From contig CBDCTZ010000011.1 of assembly GCA_965222375.1 (NCBI GenBank), positions 480,001-544,000 of the forward strand: 64,000 nt of DNA, read 5' to 3'. Shown piece by piece: positions 28,101 through 37,690 of the stretch. A program made the translations under genes and the position numbers. The notes under the pieces were generated by a model. The model did no database searches, was not told the DNA's origin, and worked only from the letters and a program-made list of their open reading frames with translations. Positions within the stretch are counted from its first letter, which is position 1; the number at the start of each line of letters is the position of its first letter. Source of the stretch: Polyangiaceae bacterium. GTDB taxonomy: Bacteria; Myxococcota_A; Polyangia; Polyangiales; Polyangiaceae.

Positions 28101-31100
28101 GTTTCGACGCCGTCCGCCGATCGCGCGAATCGCGGCCGCCCAAAGCCGTCATACAGACGCAGTGTTTCCAGTGGCGGAGAGCTGCCGGCCCTTCCAAGGA
28201 GCCGCGTGCGTATCGGGTATCCGGCCACGTGGTTGAACGCCATCTCAGTGCCGTAGCCCTCGTCGTCGAGAGAACGCAGAGGGAAGATCGCTCGCGCTTC
28301 GTACTTGGTAGTCTGGACGCGCGTCGCCAGCGCAGTGACTTGTCGGGTCTCGATCACATTACCAAAGACGTCTCGAGAAAACCGGGTTTCGCGTCGCAGC
28401 GGCACATTATCGGGCTCTCGCAGCAAGCTCTCCATTCGCCCGTTTGTGTCATACGCGAATGCTTGCTGTCGGGTTTGAATCAGGCCTCCCGAGGACTCCG
28501 TGTGGCTTACCTCAACAGGCAGAGCGACAAGCCAAGAGGAAAGGAATGCCGGCGTGACCTGGTGCGCGTATTGGGAAACAATGATTTCAGACTCGCCACT
28601 CGTCCACTGTGACGCGGTGCGTGTTGTGTTGCCGAACTGGTCAACTTCGATGTCCGTATCCATGCCATGGGAGGCACGAACGGCACCGCCGACGAGCTCC
28701 GTCGAGCCCGTGAGCACGTGGCTCGCGTAGACAAAGTACTGCGCCGGGTCCGTCTGCGTGGCGGGTGCGTTCTCGCGCACGACTAGCGCACGGGAAGTCG
28801 TGTTGATCAATTCGATTGGCGCGCCTTCTGCCGTGGTTTCCCCTGTTTGCGTCTGTTGGGCATGGAACCGAGGCACGCCTGCGAAGGGGTAGGATCTCGT
28901 CGAATCGTCGTAGAATGTGTTGTCGTAGACCGTCGTTTCCGTGAGAGGCACGGCGGCAATTCCTCTCTCCGGCTCGGTCTTTCGGCGGAGACCAAACCCA
29001 AGCCACCCCCTTCCATTCAGGCCCGAGAAGCTATCTCCGTACTTGTGCTTGAACATCCTTGCAGGCGTACCAGCTAGGTTGGGCCCCATAAGCACGCGAT
29101 GCTCGGCCACGACAGCGTGACGAGGCTGCCGGCAAAGCAGCGTTACTCCGCATTGGCTGAGCGCGGAAGCGTTCCGAACTCCCAAATACACGTCCGCGTT
29201 CGTGAGGTTTCCGTACGAAATCTCAATGTGACGGCCGAGTCCATCCGTCACAGCCACAAGTCGAGGGTTGGAGCCGGTGAGCGAGCGGTGGAGGGAGTAG
29301 CTCTCCGACGCAAACTCAGCGAGCATGAGGTCTCCGATTCCGTTCCCGTCGGGGTCCAGAGTGATGATTCGCTCGCCGATCTTTGGCCACGTCGGGTCAG
29401 TTTCGTGGTGTTCGAGAACGAACCCCGCAAACGCCCCAGCTAGGCCGGGAGAGACACCTGCCGTACTCCGGAGAACCGACCAGTTCTGATTGCCATCGAT
29501 CCCCACGAGGATATCCCCACGACCGTCGCCATTCACGTCGAGGACTGGGCCGCCAGGGATCGGCAGGGGTTGGCTCGCAACTCGCCTGAAAACGTCTGAG
29601 CCGACGCCCGCGCCCGTGTTTACCCAGGTCTCAAGCTCCTCAGACTCTGGGGAGTGGGCGACGAGGTCAGTGAGTCCATCCCCATTGACGTCGACGGGGG
29701 TGGCTGGCCAGGGCACCTTGGTCTTGATGAGCTCCACTCGGACAGGGAGTTGGGGGTCGACGTCTGCTCCAGTGTCTAGAAAGCGTACGCCGAGCGCTAG
29801 TTGCTCGATGTCGGTTTCCGAAAGCGCGTGCTGGACGAAGAGCTCCTGTTGCCCGTCTCGATCCGTGTCCAGTGCCATATGCACATGGTGACAGGAACCA
29901 TTGTAGTCAACTCGGCGTTCAACGAACGAAAGTGACCCGCTAGCGCCCACTACGGGACGAACCAACGTCCAGAAGCGTTTCTTGTCGAGATCTAGCGGAC
30001 CCCGACATCGCAGCCACTCACTTTTGCCGTCACCGTCCAGGTCGAGTGCAAATGTCCTACCGGCATGCTCGAATTCGTTCGTACAGGAGGCCATTACGCC
30101 AGTATCCTTTGGCGTGAACTTGCCGTTCTCCCAGTCTAGGTAGCGGTAGATGTCTTTCCCGCAGCCCCAAGGCTCATAGAGAATCTCGTCGCGGCCGTCC
30201 CCGTCGATGTCGATCACCTTGAATGGATAGTCGTACTGGCCGTTGGCTAGTTCTGGGTTCGGAAAGGGCTGGAGTGGCATGTTCACTCCGGTGTCCTGCA
30301 ACACAGTTCCTCCCCAGAGGATCTGCCAGCGTTTGGTCAACTCCGGCAGTCCCGGCCCCGACGCGGGAACAGCCATGAGCAAGTCGTCGCGTCCGTCACC
30401 GTTGGCGTCGAGTACGATGTCGCCGACCCGGGTAGCAGCAGGCCCGCGCGGCGGGTTGGGGCCCGCCAGTTCCGGTGCGGACAGGCCCGTCTGTGTGTTG
30501 TCGTAGAAGAACCGGGTAGCTGGTTTGCAGACCCACTGGGGGTCCAGCGGTGACTTCGGCGCGCAGTCTTCCACCTTCTCCAGCACCGCAGACGCTCGCT
30601 CGCTACGAGCGAACCCGTGCGTAAGTTGGTACCGCCGTACCAATGTCCCTCCAATCCTGATGTCAATTCGCGATAGCAGCCGGTCGTTTTGGTAGAACCA
30701 GCCGTTTGCGTAGCTCGTCTTCGGGTCTTCGCGTGTCGAGTAGAAAAAGGAGACCTGCGTGTCGGGAACGAGTGCTGTTTCGTGCCCATTGTAGCGGACC
30801 CAGTCGGGTCGATGCCATGTGCGGGGGCCGTGTCTCTGGTCATAGGTGGTAGACAGCTGCGAGACGTATTCAATGAAGTTCCCGTTGCGGTCTTCCGTCT
30901 TTGTCCGTTGCCAGACATCGCGGAGCGGCACGAATGGCTCAGTTAGGGCAGGTGCGGCGAAGGTATCGATCGAGCCGTCTCGTCGGTACACAGTCCAGGA
31001 ATCGGGCGCGGCTGCTTTGGCGGTCCGGTGCGAAATGACTTTGGTGCCCGGCTCGCGCTCCGGGTGGTATTCCGCTCCATCCTCGCCCGCGACGTATCCC

Positions 31101-31666
31101 TCGACGGGCACTAGCCTCTGACCGTCAAGGCAGTACTCATCGGTATCGTCGTTCCGGACGCCGCGAGCCCTGCTGTCCTGGGCAATCGTCTGCGCGCAGC
31201 GCGTGACAACGGAGTAGCCCTCCAGCGTCCATCCTTGACCAACGAAGCCGTTCGGCGCAGCGCTGTCGTAGCGTAGCGCAAGGCGTGGCACCAAACCATT
31301 GCGACCTGGTGGCAAGTCGAGCGTCACTCGGTACTGCGCCTGACCCACATCGCTAACGTGAAACGTGCCCCGCGCTGAACCCACGGGTTTGGTCTCTAGA
31401 TGGATGGGTTCAACGTCGGGCGGAGTGTTCGTTGGGTCGAACGTGTCAACGCACTGCCCATCAAGTGAACAGAAGAGCCCATCGGAACACACGCCGCACA
31501 CATCACCGCAGCCGTCTGAGCCACAAGATCGCCCCTCGCACTGGGGCACACACTCGGCTGGCGGGGGGCCACCACCGCCCCCGCATGAAACGGAGATCAC
31601 CGCAGCAGCGAGCACGAGCAGAATGAAACGAATGCGGGCCACAAGTTCGAATTGCACAGGTCTCAT
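25193..31666 (-). CDS. RHS/YD-repeat polymorphic toxin (SpvB-like N-terminus, FG-GAP repeats, RHS core, variable tip) with lipoprotein signal
   Basis: LPPGRNGLVPRLALRYDS..G.GW, DxDGDG repeats, YD repeats, ARNYDPRTGRFLSADP...NRYSYAYNNPLAFTDPSG. Confidence 0.92.
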   Translation of the reverse strand: MRPVQFELVARIRFILLVLAAAVISVSCGGGGGPPPAECVPQCEGRSCGSDGCGDVCGVCSDGLFCSLDGQCVDTFDPTNTPPDVEPIHLETKPVGSARGTFHVSDVGQAQYRVTLDLPPGRNGLVPRLALRYDSAAPNGFVGQGWTLEGYSVVTRCAQTIAQDSRARGVRNDDTDEYCLDGQRLVPVEGYVAGEDGAEYHPEREPGTKVISHRTAKAAAPDSWTVYRRDGSIDTFAAPALTEPFVPLRDVWQRTKTEDRNGNFIEYVSQLSTTYDQRHGPRTWHRPDWVRYNGHETALVPDTQVSFFYSTREDPKTSYANGWFYQNDRLLSRIDIRIGGTLVRRYQLTHGFARSERASAVLEKVEDCAPKSPLDPQWVCKPATRFFYDNTQTGLSAPELAGPNPPRGPAATRVGDIVLDANGDGRDDLLMAVPASGPGLPELTKRWQILWGGTVLQDTGVNMPLQPFPNPELANGQYDYPFKVIDIDGDGRDEILYEPWGCGKDIYRYLDWENGKFTPKDTGVMASCTNEFEHAGRTFALDLDGDGKSEWLRCRGPLDLDKKRFWTLVRPVVGASGSLSFVERRVDYNGSCHHVHMALDTDRDGQQELFVQHALSETDIEQLALGVRFLDTGADVDPQLPVRVELIKTKVPWPATPVDVNGDGLTDLVAHSPESEELETWVNTGAGVGSDVFRRVASQPLPIPGGPVLDVNGDGRGDILVGIDGNQNWSVLRSTAGVSPGLAGAFAGFVLEHHETDPTWPKIGERIITLDPDGNGIGDLMLAEFASESYSLHRSLTGSNPRLVAVTDGLGRHIEISYGNLTNADVYLGVRNASALSQCGVTLLCRQPRHAVVAEHRVLMGPNLAGTPARMFKHKYGDSFSGLNGRGWLGFGLRRKTEPERGIAAVPLTETTVYDNTFYDDSTRSYPFAGVPRFHAQQTQTGETTAEGAPIELINTTSRALVVRENAPATQTDPAQYFVYASHVLTGSTELVGGAVRASHGMDTDIEVDQFGNTTRTASQWTSGESEIIVSQYAHQVTPAFLSSWLVALPVEVSHTESSGGLIQTRQQAFAYDTNGRMESLLREPDNVPLRRETRFSRDVFGNVIETRQVTALATRVQTTKYEARAIFPLRSLDDEGYGTEMAFNHVAGYPIRTRLLGRAGSSPPLETLRLYDGFGRPRFARSADGVETVIEHEPDTNPYQPYRVRTRTEGRGTVTTWFDNLSRAARRQETAALDKTLQQVTRFDVLGRVAETMRPSTGSAPVTKYSYDGANRPTLVVLPDGTRRSTCYAGNTTCLRDARGYLHCSTTDQRGRLQSTYEAQPSDTDQSCDSVATALHKGLSSRRRVSFEHGPFGHLRKVTDADGNVTTIATDTGGRIVSRSDPDLGSSTYSYTAFDELFSSTDANGVTVFRARDNLGRILLRTEAGQAPTSYVWDDGPAAGLSSATTPQGTSVNFTYDGFGRLQRVARVVGGQTYATTITSRDLFQRPKTVEYPNRTAPTPVRTQHSYDQEGNVTEVVEGTSGIPLWRLEETNDFGQLTRETLGSVMRERSYDPEIGRVVSISAFVNPLIAQQQRAFEYDNSGNVRRSVDLVAGIDRTFAYDEEARLVHENRNGVPLAHDYFPSGNIKSKAGMGAYDYALSALPHAVTEIVSGTAQQLFKYDSKGQLTERLPGPLGELHVDYNSFQAPTRSWTTSLTQATEYDYDALQQRVRSRGPSRTVTRFPGLYYRIQEDGDDRETAMVPLPGGGTAEVVSIGGTRKVRLLLTDQVGSPEVVLAPDGTPLERRTFDPFGHKSVSFQSPAYEGTLLGFGGHEEAPELSGVHVGARNYDPRTGRFLSADPLVPSSDTQGLNRYSYAYNNPLAFTDPSGFVPLPVYACDILNAVCQLALEKLGALGAGLIGASLHSAPTTSSPNRPESPNFVEQPLRLTRGFGVATAGEPGLLFGDALTQDPNLIDLRDRGIRDLLKGLPVTRVGFPERGPLISPSSAASYIPFYGNLRVIYDPNASHAAKAIATVGLVGDFFVMGGAIIKGSGAIVRTAAGAEAASAARGIGVANAGPNAQYYIQDGVRRSLAAREAGLSDVPATIFRQGHKPITTRIPLDRLNSPKPSIPRDSRYLDRNLAPTLSGSEPPPISVEPLGQPGQLPTTPIPLLPFGG

Positions 31667-32357
31667 GGTGTTTTTCTCTCGCAGTTGAGGTTGTTCTGCT
31701 TGATGGGCGGCACGTGACGTCGGCGAGGAATGTGGACGATTTCACGCGCGCGCGCGGAGTGATACGCGTGCCCTAGCTTCAATCGACTCCTCATGTTGCC
31801 CCGCCGCGCGATCGAAACGCGCGAAGATACGATACGGGAAACAAGAACCCTCGATGTCCAGTTTCTTGCGGCCGCGCGAATTTAGGTGTGCGGGTGTGTG
31901 CTTGCAATGAACCTCCGCGTGGTGCGTCACGTAGCGCAACCGTTTCGCGGTTCATCCCGGCGCTGCACGCCATCCGATAGCGTCTAACTCTCAACATGTG
32001 GCCCGTATCGGTCTCCGCTCCGCGCAGTTGCCGAAAAAAGGAAGACTCCGTTGAGCGAGGCGCAAGGGGAGAGGACAGTTGGGGGACAACGCGATGCGTT
32101 ACCTGCGAAACGCTAACCAGAACGGAGGCGCTGAACGCCACGATAGCGTGAGGTCTTGCGCCTGGATGGCACGAGCGTCGGCGCGTGGGGGGGGGCCAAT
32201 ACGCCTCGCCGCCCTCAGGACACCATTCCATAAGGGCGGCCAATCGGCATGGGATTGGCTGTCTGCTGGCAGGGGTACGGGGCGAGGTTACAACGATACC
32301 CCTGTGCGCCCCGCCTGTCCATTCGGCCGCCCCCGTGTCATAGTCTCAAGCAGAAGT

Positions 32358-32415
32358 GCCCCCGCGCTGCGACAACAGCCGGGGGCGTGGCCAGAACCTA
32401 CGAAGGAGGTCTGAC
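32358..32415 (+). promoter_or_regulatory. Two-hairpin leader; the second hairpin covers the RBS
   Basis: GCCCCCG..GCTG/CAGC.CGGGGGC and CAGAACCT/AGGTCTG pairing over AAGGAGGT. Confidence 0.45.
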
Positions 32416-32418
32416 GCG

Positions 32419-32730
32419 ATGACGCGTACCATCCATTACACCCGTGTCGAAGCCGCAACCCTCGAACGCGACGCAAGTCGCGTGTTTGACGGTGCGGCAG
32501 AGGAAGCCCAAGTCTTGGAACACATTGGCCGCACGGCCTACGCCGCTGCGACGGAGGACGCCTTCCAAGACGCAGACGACGCCGACCTGGACCAGCGAGC
32601 CAGCCAGCTGAGCGGATGCGCTCTGCACGCCTTGTCCGTCGCGCTCGGCCTGGCGACGCACGCCGGTCGCCTCAGGCAGCTCGCGGACATCCGCCGCGCC
32701 GACATCGATCGGCTCAGCGACGACGAGTAG
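32419..32730 (+). CDS. Hypothetical acidic helical protein
   Basis: Strong RBS AAGGAGGT and GC3-biased codons. Confidence 0.65.
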   Translation: MTRTIHYTRVEAATLERDASRVFDGAAEEAQVLEHIGRTAYAAATEDAFQDADDADLDQRASQLSGCALHALSVALGLATHAGRLRQLADIRRADIDRLSDDE

Positions 32731-32808
32731 GCGCCGGCCAGCGCGAGTGGCTTCGGCCACCGGGGGGGGCTGGACCCAGGCCGAGGCAAGGCGGCTCCCT
32801 GACCCGCG

Positions 32809-33120
32809 CTACCGCGGCTTTCGCTTCCGGATGACGCGAGTTGGCTTCCTTCCGGTCTTCGGGGGCTGGACGTCCAGGCTATCCAGATCGAGACGAGGAC
32901 CGGGCTCGACGTCAACCAGGTCTGCGACCTTGACCTTCAGCGCCTTGGCTATCGCCAGCAGCGTATCGAGAGACGGGTTGCGGCCACCGCGTTCGACCTC
33001 TGCGAAATAGCGAAACGTCAGCCCAACCTTGAACGCGGCGTCCGCTTGCGTCCAACCGAGGCGCCAGCGGGCTTTCTTGATCCGGGCGGCAACTTTTCGT
33101 CGAAAAACGGTAGGGCTCAC
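32809..33120 (-). CDS. XRE-family HTH regulator
   Basis: RIKKAR...WTQADAA..VG....Y...VERGGRNPSLDTL..IAKAL. Confidence 0.9.
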   Translation of the reverse strand: MSPTVFRRKVAARIKKARWRLGWTQADAAFKVGLTFRYFAEVERGGRNPSLDTLLAIAKALKVKVADLVDVEPGPRLDLDSLDVQPPKTGRKPTRVIRKRKPR

Positions 33121-33170
33121 CCACCAACGAGACGCCAGCGTGCTTCGATAACGTTACCCACTCGGGTAGT

Positions 33171-33867
33171 ATGTGTTTATTGGGACAAGAAACCGTGGAT
33201 TCCGCCACCGAAGCCGTTGATCCGATGCTGATGCGCGCCAAAGCGCGCGTTGGGCGCACGCTCAGGGGCAAGTGGCATCTGGACGTGCTGCTCGGGGTCG
33301 GAGGCATGGCGGCGGTGTACGCAGCCACTCACCGAAACGGCTCGCGTGCGGCGATCAAGGTTCTCCACCCCGAACTGGGCCTGCACAACGATGTGCGCTC
33401 TCGATTCTTCCGCGAGGGCAAAGTGGCGAACACCATCCAACATGACGGGGCAGTTCGCGTCCTGGACGAAGATGATGACGACGGCGCTGTCTTCCTGGTC
33501 ATGGAGTTGCTGGACGGTGAGACCGTTGAAAGTCGGGCGGCGCGCTGCGGTGGAGCGCTCCCGGTTGACGAAGTCTTGGCTCTGGTTGACCAGGTGCTCG
33601 ACGTGTTGATCGCGGCGCATGCAAAGGGCGTTGTTCACCGTGACCTCAAGCCAGAGAATCTGTTCCTGACGCGCACAGGTGAGGTCAAACTGCTTGATTT
33701 CGGAATTGCACGCCTGCGCGAACTCTCCACGCACAGCACCGCGACCCGTGACGGCTCCACCATGGGTACGCCTGCGTTCATGGCTCCAGAGCAGGCTAGG
33801 GGTCTTTGGGATGAAGTGGATGGGCGCACAGACCTCTGGGCGGTGGGAGCCACCATGTTCACGTTGC
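33171..33867 (+). pseudogene. Ser/Thr kinase truncated in subdomain IX by repeat copy 2
   Basis: GVGGMAAVY, AIK, HRDLKPEN, DFG, GTPAFMAPEQ, DLWAVGATMFTL, then joins the repeat. Confidence 0.9.
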
Positions 33868-35268
33868 CGATCCGGCCGCAGCGAAGAAGTTCTACAGAGG
33901 GCTCTTCGGCTGGAAGTTCGAAGACATGAAAATGCCGGACGGCAACGTCTACAGCATGTTCAAGGCCTCTGCCGATGAAGGCGGCGGCATCCAGAAGTCA
34001 CCAATGCCCGGCACGCCGAACGCTTGGCTGCAATACATCGGCGTTCCGTCCGTGAAGAAGGCGATGGCCAAGGTCAAGAAGCTGGGCGGCAAGGTTGTCG
34101 TGCCCTTCATGCCCGTGCCTGGCCACGGCGCTCTCGGCATTTTCCTTGATCCGACTGGTGCCAGCTGCGCCGTGTGGGAGGCCTCCGCGCCCACGCCAAA
34201 GAAGGCATCCAAGAAGAAGGCTTCCAAGAAGCGAGTCGCGAAGAAGGCCGGCGCCAAGAAGAAGGCGACCCGGAAGCCCGCGAAAAAGAAGACGGCGAAG
34301 CGCCCCGCAAAGAAGGCTGCGAAGCGCCGCGCGAAGAAGCGCGCGCGCTAGGTCAGTCCGAATACGCACCATCGGTCGGCGTTCACGCCAATTCCACCCC
34401 AGGGCAGCCGGCCTGCGCTGGCGGCGAGGGCGAGTCGATCGCTCAGTTCCCATCTGACGCCCCAACGGTTTCCCGTCGTCAGCATGTCGCCGGGATCCGT
34501 GTTCAGCTCGAGGGCCGGGCGCAAGGCCCAGGACGACGGCCCCTCGACCAGCGCGAGCAGGTGTGTATGGAACTTTCGGTCTCGGTCCCGCGAAGATCAA
34601 AGACGGCGACGCCGACCGCGCGGATGGGGTGCAGTGAGCATCGTGGGCTTCGGTGTGTTCTACGAACCGTTGCGCTTCGGGAAGTTTCGCTACTTCGGCG
34701 TGCTCTCGAGCCACAGCCGCCCATCGGTCAGACGTTGTCCCGGCGCAGGCTGACCCAAAGCGCTTCGCCCCCGCGCCCGCCTCGGGCGACCAGCTCGAGC
34801 TGCTCGAAGCGCAAACCAAAAAACGCTCGCGATGGGGTTGGCTCCTCCGCCACGTGTTTCGCGCCGACGTCGAAACTTGCAGTCACTGCGGCGGACCGAT
34901 GCGACGCGCTTCGCGATACCCGAAGGGGTGATGGGTCGAGGCGGCCACGACCCCCGGCGCCATCGCCCGCTTGCTCGCCGAGCAGGATGGGCTCGGCCCG
35001 CGAGCACCACCGAGGGCATCGGCAGCTGAGGCATTCGGGCAGCTCGAGTTCCCATTCGCGAGTGGCTGACCGCTCCAGCGAGCAGCTCGGGCAGGCCTGC
35101 GCGCCGTCGCCCGCCGGAGCTCCGCTTCGCTCACGCATCTCCGCCAAGCCGACTTGACATCGCAAGCTGGCCCGCCTTGAGCGATGCTGTCTCCAAGATA
35201 CCAGCCTGCTGGCCTACTTTGGCGTTTTCGGCGTTTCCGTAAATCCGCGGTTCGTTCTTCCTATGCGT
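33868..35268 (+). repeat. Direct repeat copy 2 (1401 bp): 5'-truncated VOC gene, gene fragments, IS91 3' end and oriIS-like terminus
   Basis: Matches 22360..23791; ends GCGGTTCGTTCTTCCTATGCGT. Confidence 0.95.
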
Positions 35269-35560
35269 ACAAGCGGCTGCCGGTGACCACGGCGATGCCC
35301 ACGCGCGCATCACCGGCGAAAGCGCAGGCCGCTCCCAATGGCGGAGAAGGCGGCGCCCCGCCAGCTTCAAGGCAAAGGGGTGAACCTGCGAAACCAGCTG
35401 CCCCCCAGTGCCGCTGACGCCACCGGTGCCCCCGGTTGCGCCGCCTCCGACACCGCCAGGTCCATCCGCTAACCGTAAGGGGCTCCGGGAGCCACACGCC
35501 ACCGGCATCAGCAGCGGCGCTACCATCGGCGCGACGACCACCCTTGAAGGCAAGCGGCAG
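35269..35560 (-). pseudogene. Gly-rich lipoprotein gene, frameshifted and cut at the oriIS-like end
   Basis: PVACGSRSPL..GGTGG; frame change at the C6 run ~35401; ends at the repeat boundary. Confidence 0.5.
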
Positions 35561-35572
35561 GACTCTTCTTGG

Positions 35573-36220
35573 TCACGGACAAGACGGCGCACAGGTCTTG
35601 TAGGCCGGGGCGAAGATATCCTTACAGCACTTGGGCGCCGCGCTCGGACAGTCTTGGTCGCCGGCGCACATCACGCCGAAGTTGCCGCAGTCCGCCTCGC
35701 ACTTGGAAGCGCGCGTAATGTCGCCAAAGTTGGCGCAACACTGCTGACCCGCCGGACAGTCGCTGGGGCCGTCACACACCAATTGATTCTGTCCAGGAGC
35801 GCACTGTGCCGCCTGATGGCATGCGAGATTTCCAGGGTTGTTTGAACAACAAACCTGGCCCTGATTGGCGTTACAGGTCTGTGTGCCACACAGGACTTTG
35901 CCCGCTCCGGGATCGCCCCCAGCCCCGCCTGCGCCCGCTGCTCCGCTAGCACCACCGCTAGCGCCTACGCCTCCACCACCGGCAGCGCCCCCTCCGCCCA
36001 CGGCTCCCGAGCCGGCCGCACCGCCCGTGGCGCCTCCACTACCGCCGCTCGCTTCGGAGCCCGCGGCACCGCCGCTTGCGCCACCTGAACCACCACCGCC
36101 GCCGCTACCCGCGAGGGCACCGCTGCCGGCGGTACCGCCCGAACCGCTCCCCGACGAACTACATCCAAGAGCCAACAAAAAGCTTGCCCAACCCACACAC
36201 CACGTCTTCAAACCAAGCAT
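35573..36220 (-). CDS. Gly-rich, Cys-rich lipoprotein
   Basis: Lipobox LALGC, GGS linker, CDGPSDCPAGQQCC domain. Confidence 0.8.
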   Translation of the reverse strand: MLGLKTWCVGWASFLLALGCSSSGSGSGGTAGSGALAGSGGGGGSGGASGGAAGSEASGGSGGATGGAAGSGAVGGGGAAGGGGVGASGGASGAAGAGGAGGDPGAGKVLCGTQTCNANQGQVCCSNNPGNLACHQAAQCAPGQNQLVCDGPSDCPAGQQCCANFGDITRASKCEADCGNFGVMCAGDQDCPSAAPKCCKDIFAPAYKTCAPSCP

Positions 36221-36600
36221 GCGTTACCTCAACCTATTCGCGCGCTCGTCAGCGAACCTTGAACGAAGAACACCTTAGCTGGGCCCCCAGAGGGCGCCAA
36301 CGCCTGTGAGTCTTGTTGAGAAAGCCCTCGGGAACCGGCTCGCTCATGGTGAGATCCGGTCACCAGCTACACACCTTCACGGGGAAGGCCCCTCCCGCGC
36401 CGAACTGTTGATACGGCTTGCACGCCGTCGCGCACGAAGGACAGGCCGTGATCGCCGAAGCCAAGCCCAGCGCAGTCCATGCTCGAGTCATTTCGCCATC
36501 CCTCCATAATCAAGAAGTAAGAAGCGCTCAGTGTAGCACCGCGATCCAACGAAACCATTAAGCTACTTCTATTGTTTTGCATTTGATCCGTTGGCGCTTG

Positions 36601-36683
36601 GGCCGCCGCAAAGCGTCCCGCCAAGAAGGCGGCGAAGCGCCGCGCGAAGAAGCGCGCGCGCTAGGCCAGTTCGAATGCGTGCC
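36601..36683 (+). repeat. Third, diverged copy of the VOC gene 3' end
   Basis: CCCGCCAAGAAGGCGGCGAAGCGCCGCGCGAAGAAGCGCGCGCGCTAGGCCAGTTCGAAT matches ~22825-22895. Confidence 0.8.
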
Positions 36684-36880
36684 ACGGGTCACACCGGGTT
36701 GCTGTTTCAGCCTCTGCAGACAGGTGTAACGCTGCAGTTGTGCAGATTCTGCTCAACGAAGAATTGTCGAAGCATACCGATGGCTTGCGCGTGTACAGTT
36801 TCGCTCGTTCAGGTGTTTGCTAGCCAGCAGCGCATAGACCTGACGCGAGCTAGACTGAGTGCCAATGACGTTGAAACGAT

Positions 36881-37611
36881 GTGGTTGTGCTCGTGATCGT
36901 CTTCCTTCTCGGTACCGGGACCCCGAACTGCAGCTCCGGCGGTGGTTCCGGCGGCGGCGCACTGAACGGCGAGCAAGCGTGCCGGGCCGCTTGCGACCAG
37001 ATTGCGGCGCTGCGCTGCCCCGGGCCTCTCGATTCCTCAATCAACTCCGCATGCCAGGGCGGCTGCGACGACATCGTCAATGCGAGCAAGTATTCTCAGT
37101 GTGAAGCACTCGTCAGTGCATACTACACTTGTGTTGCGTCGCCTGGGAACATCCGCTGTGATGGTTCGGACGCTTTCGAAACCGTGAATGACTGTACCGC
37201 GGAACTCGATGCGTCGAACGACTGCACGGCCGAGTGCCCCCCAGATTACCCCATTCGCTGCGGAGATGGATTCTGTTGCCCGTCCCACGCACCAATCTGC
37301 CGTGGCAACGGCCTGTGCGCCGCGGCGCCCGGCGGTAGTGGCGGCGTAGGCGCGACAGGTCGTGCGGGCGCGACAGCGCGACAGGTGGTGCGGGCGCGAC
37401 GGGTGGCGTAGGCGCCACGGGTGGCATCGCTGGTACTGGCGGCGCTCGCGCGTCCGGTGGCAGTGGCGGCGTTAGCGCGACCGGTGGAGCCACGGCCAGC
37501 TGTGTCGGCTTTTGCGGAACCTCCACCCAGATTGCCGGCGTTTGCTACTGCGACGTCGATTGCAAGCAGTACAGCGATTGCTGTGCCGACTACGATCAAA
37601 TCTGTTCTTGA
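36881..37611 (+). pseudogene. Cys-rich secreted protein/lipoprotein with C-terminal somatomedin-B-like domain, frameshifted in the Gly linker
   Basis: Second frame gives SCVGFCG...CYCDVDCKQYSDCCADYDQICS*; 8-bp duplication at 37368-37383. Confidence 0.7.
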
Positions 37612-37690
37612 GCGCGCGGACTCATCGAGAGCGTGCAGCCGGTGAACTCGGTGTTCGGTCTCGGAGTCGCACCTAGTTCGGGCGCAATTG

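Noticed and set aside
33868..33929. Kinase C-terminus continuing to 33929 as a kinase-VOC fusion
   Set aside because: Out-of-frame read-through into repeat copy 2; not a functional fusion
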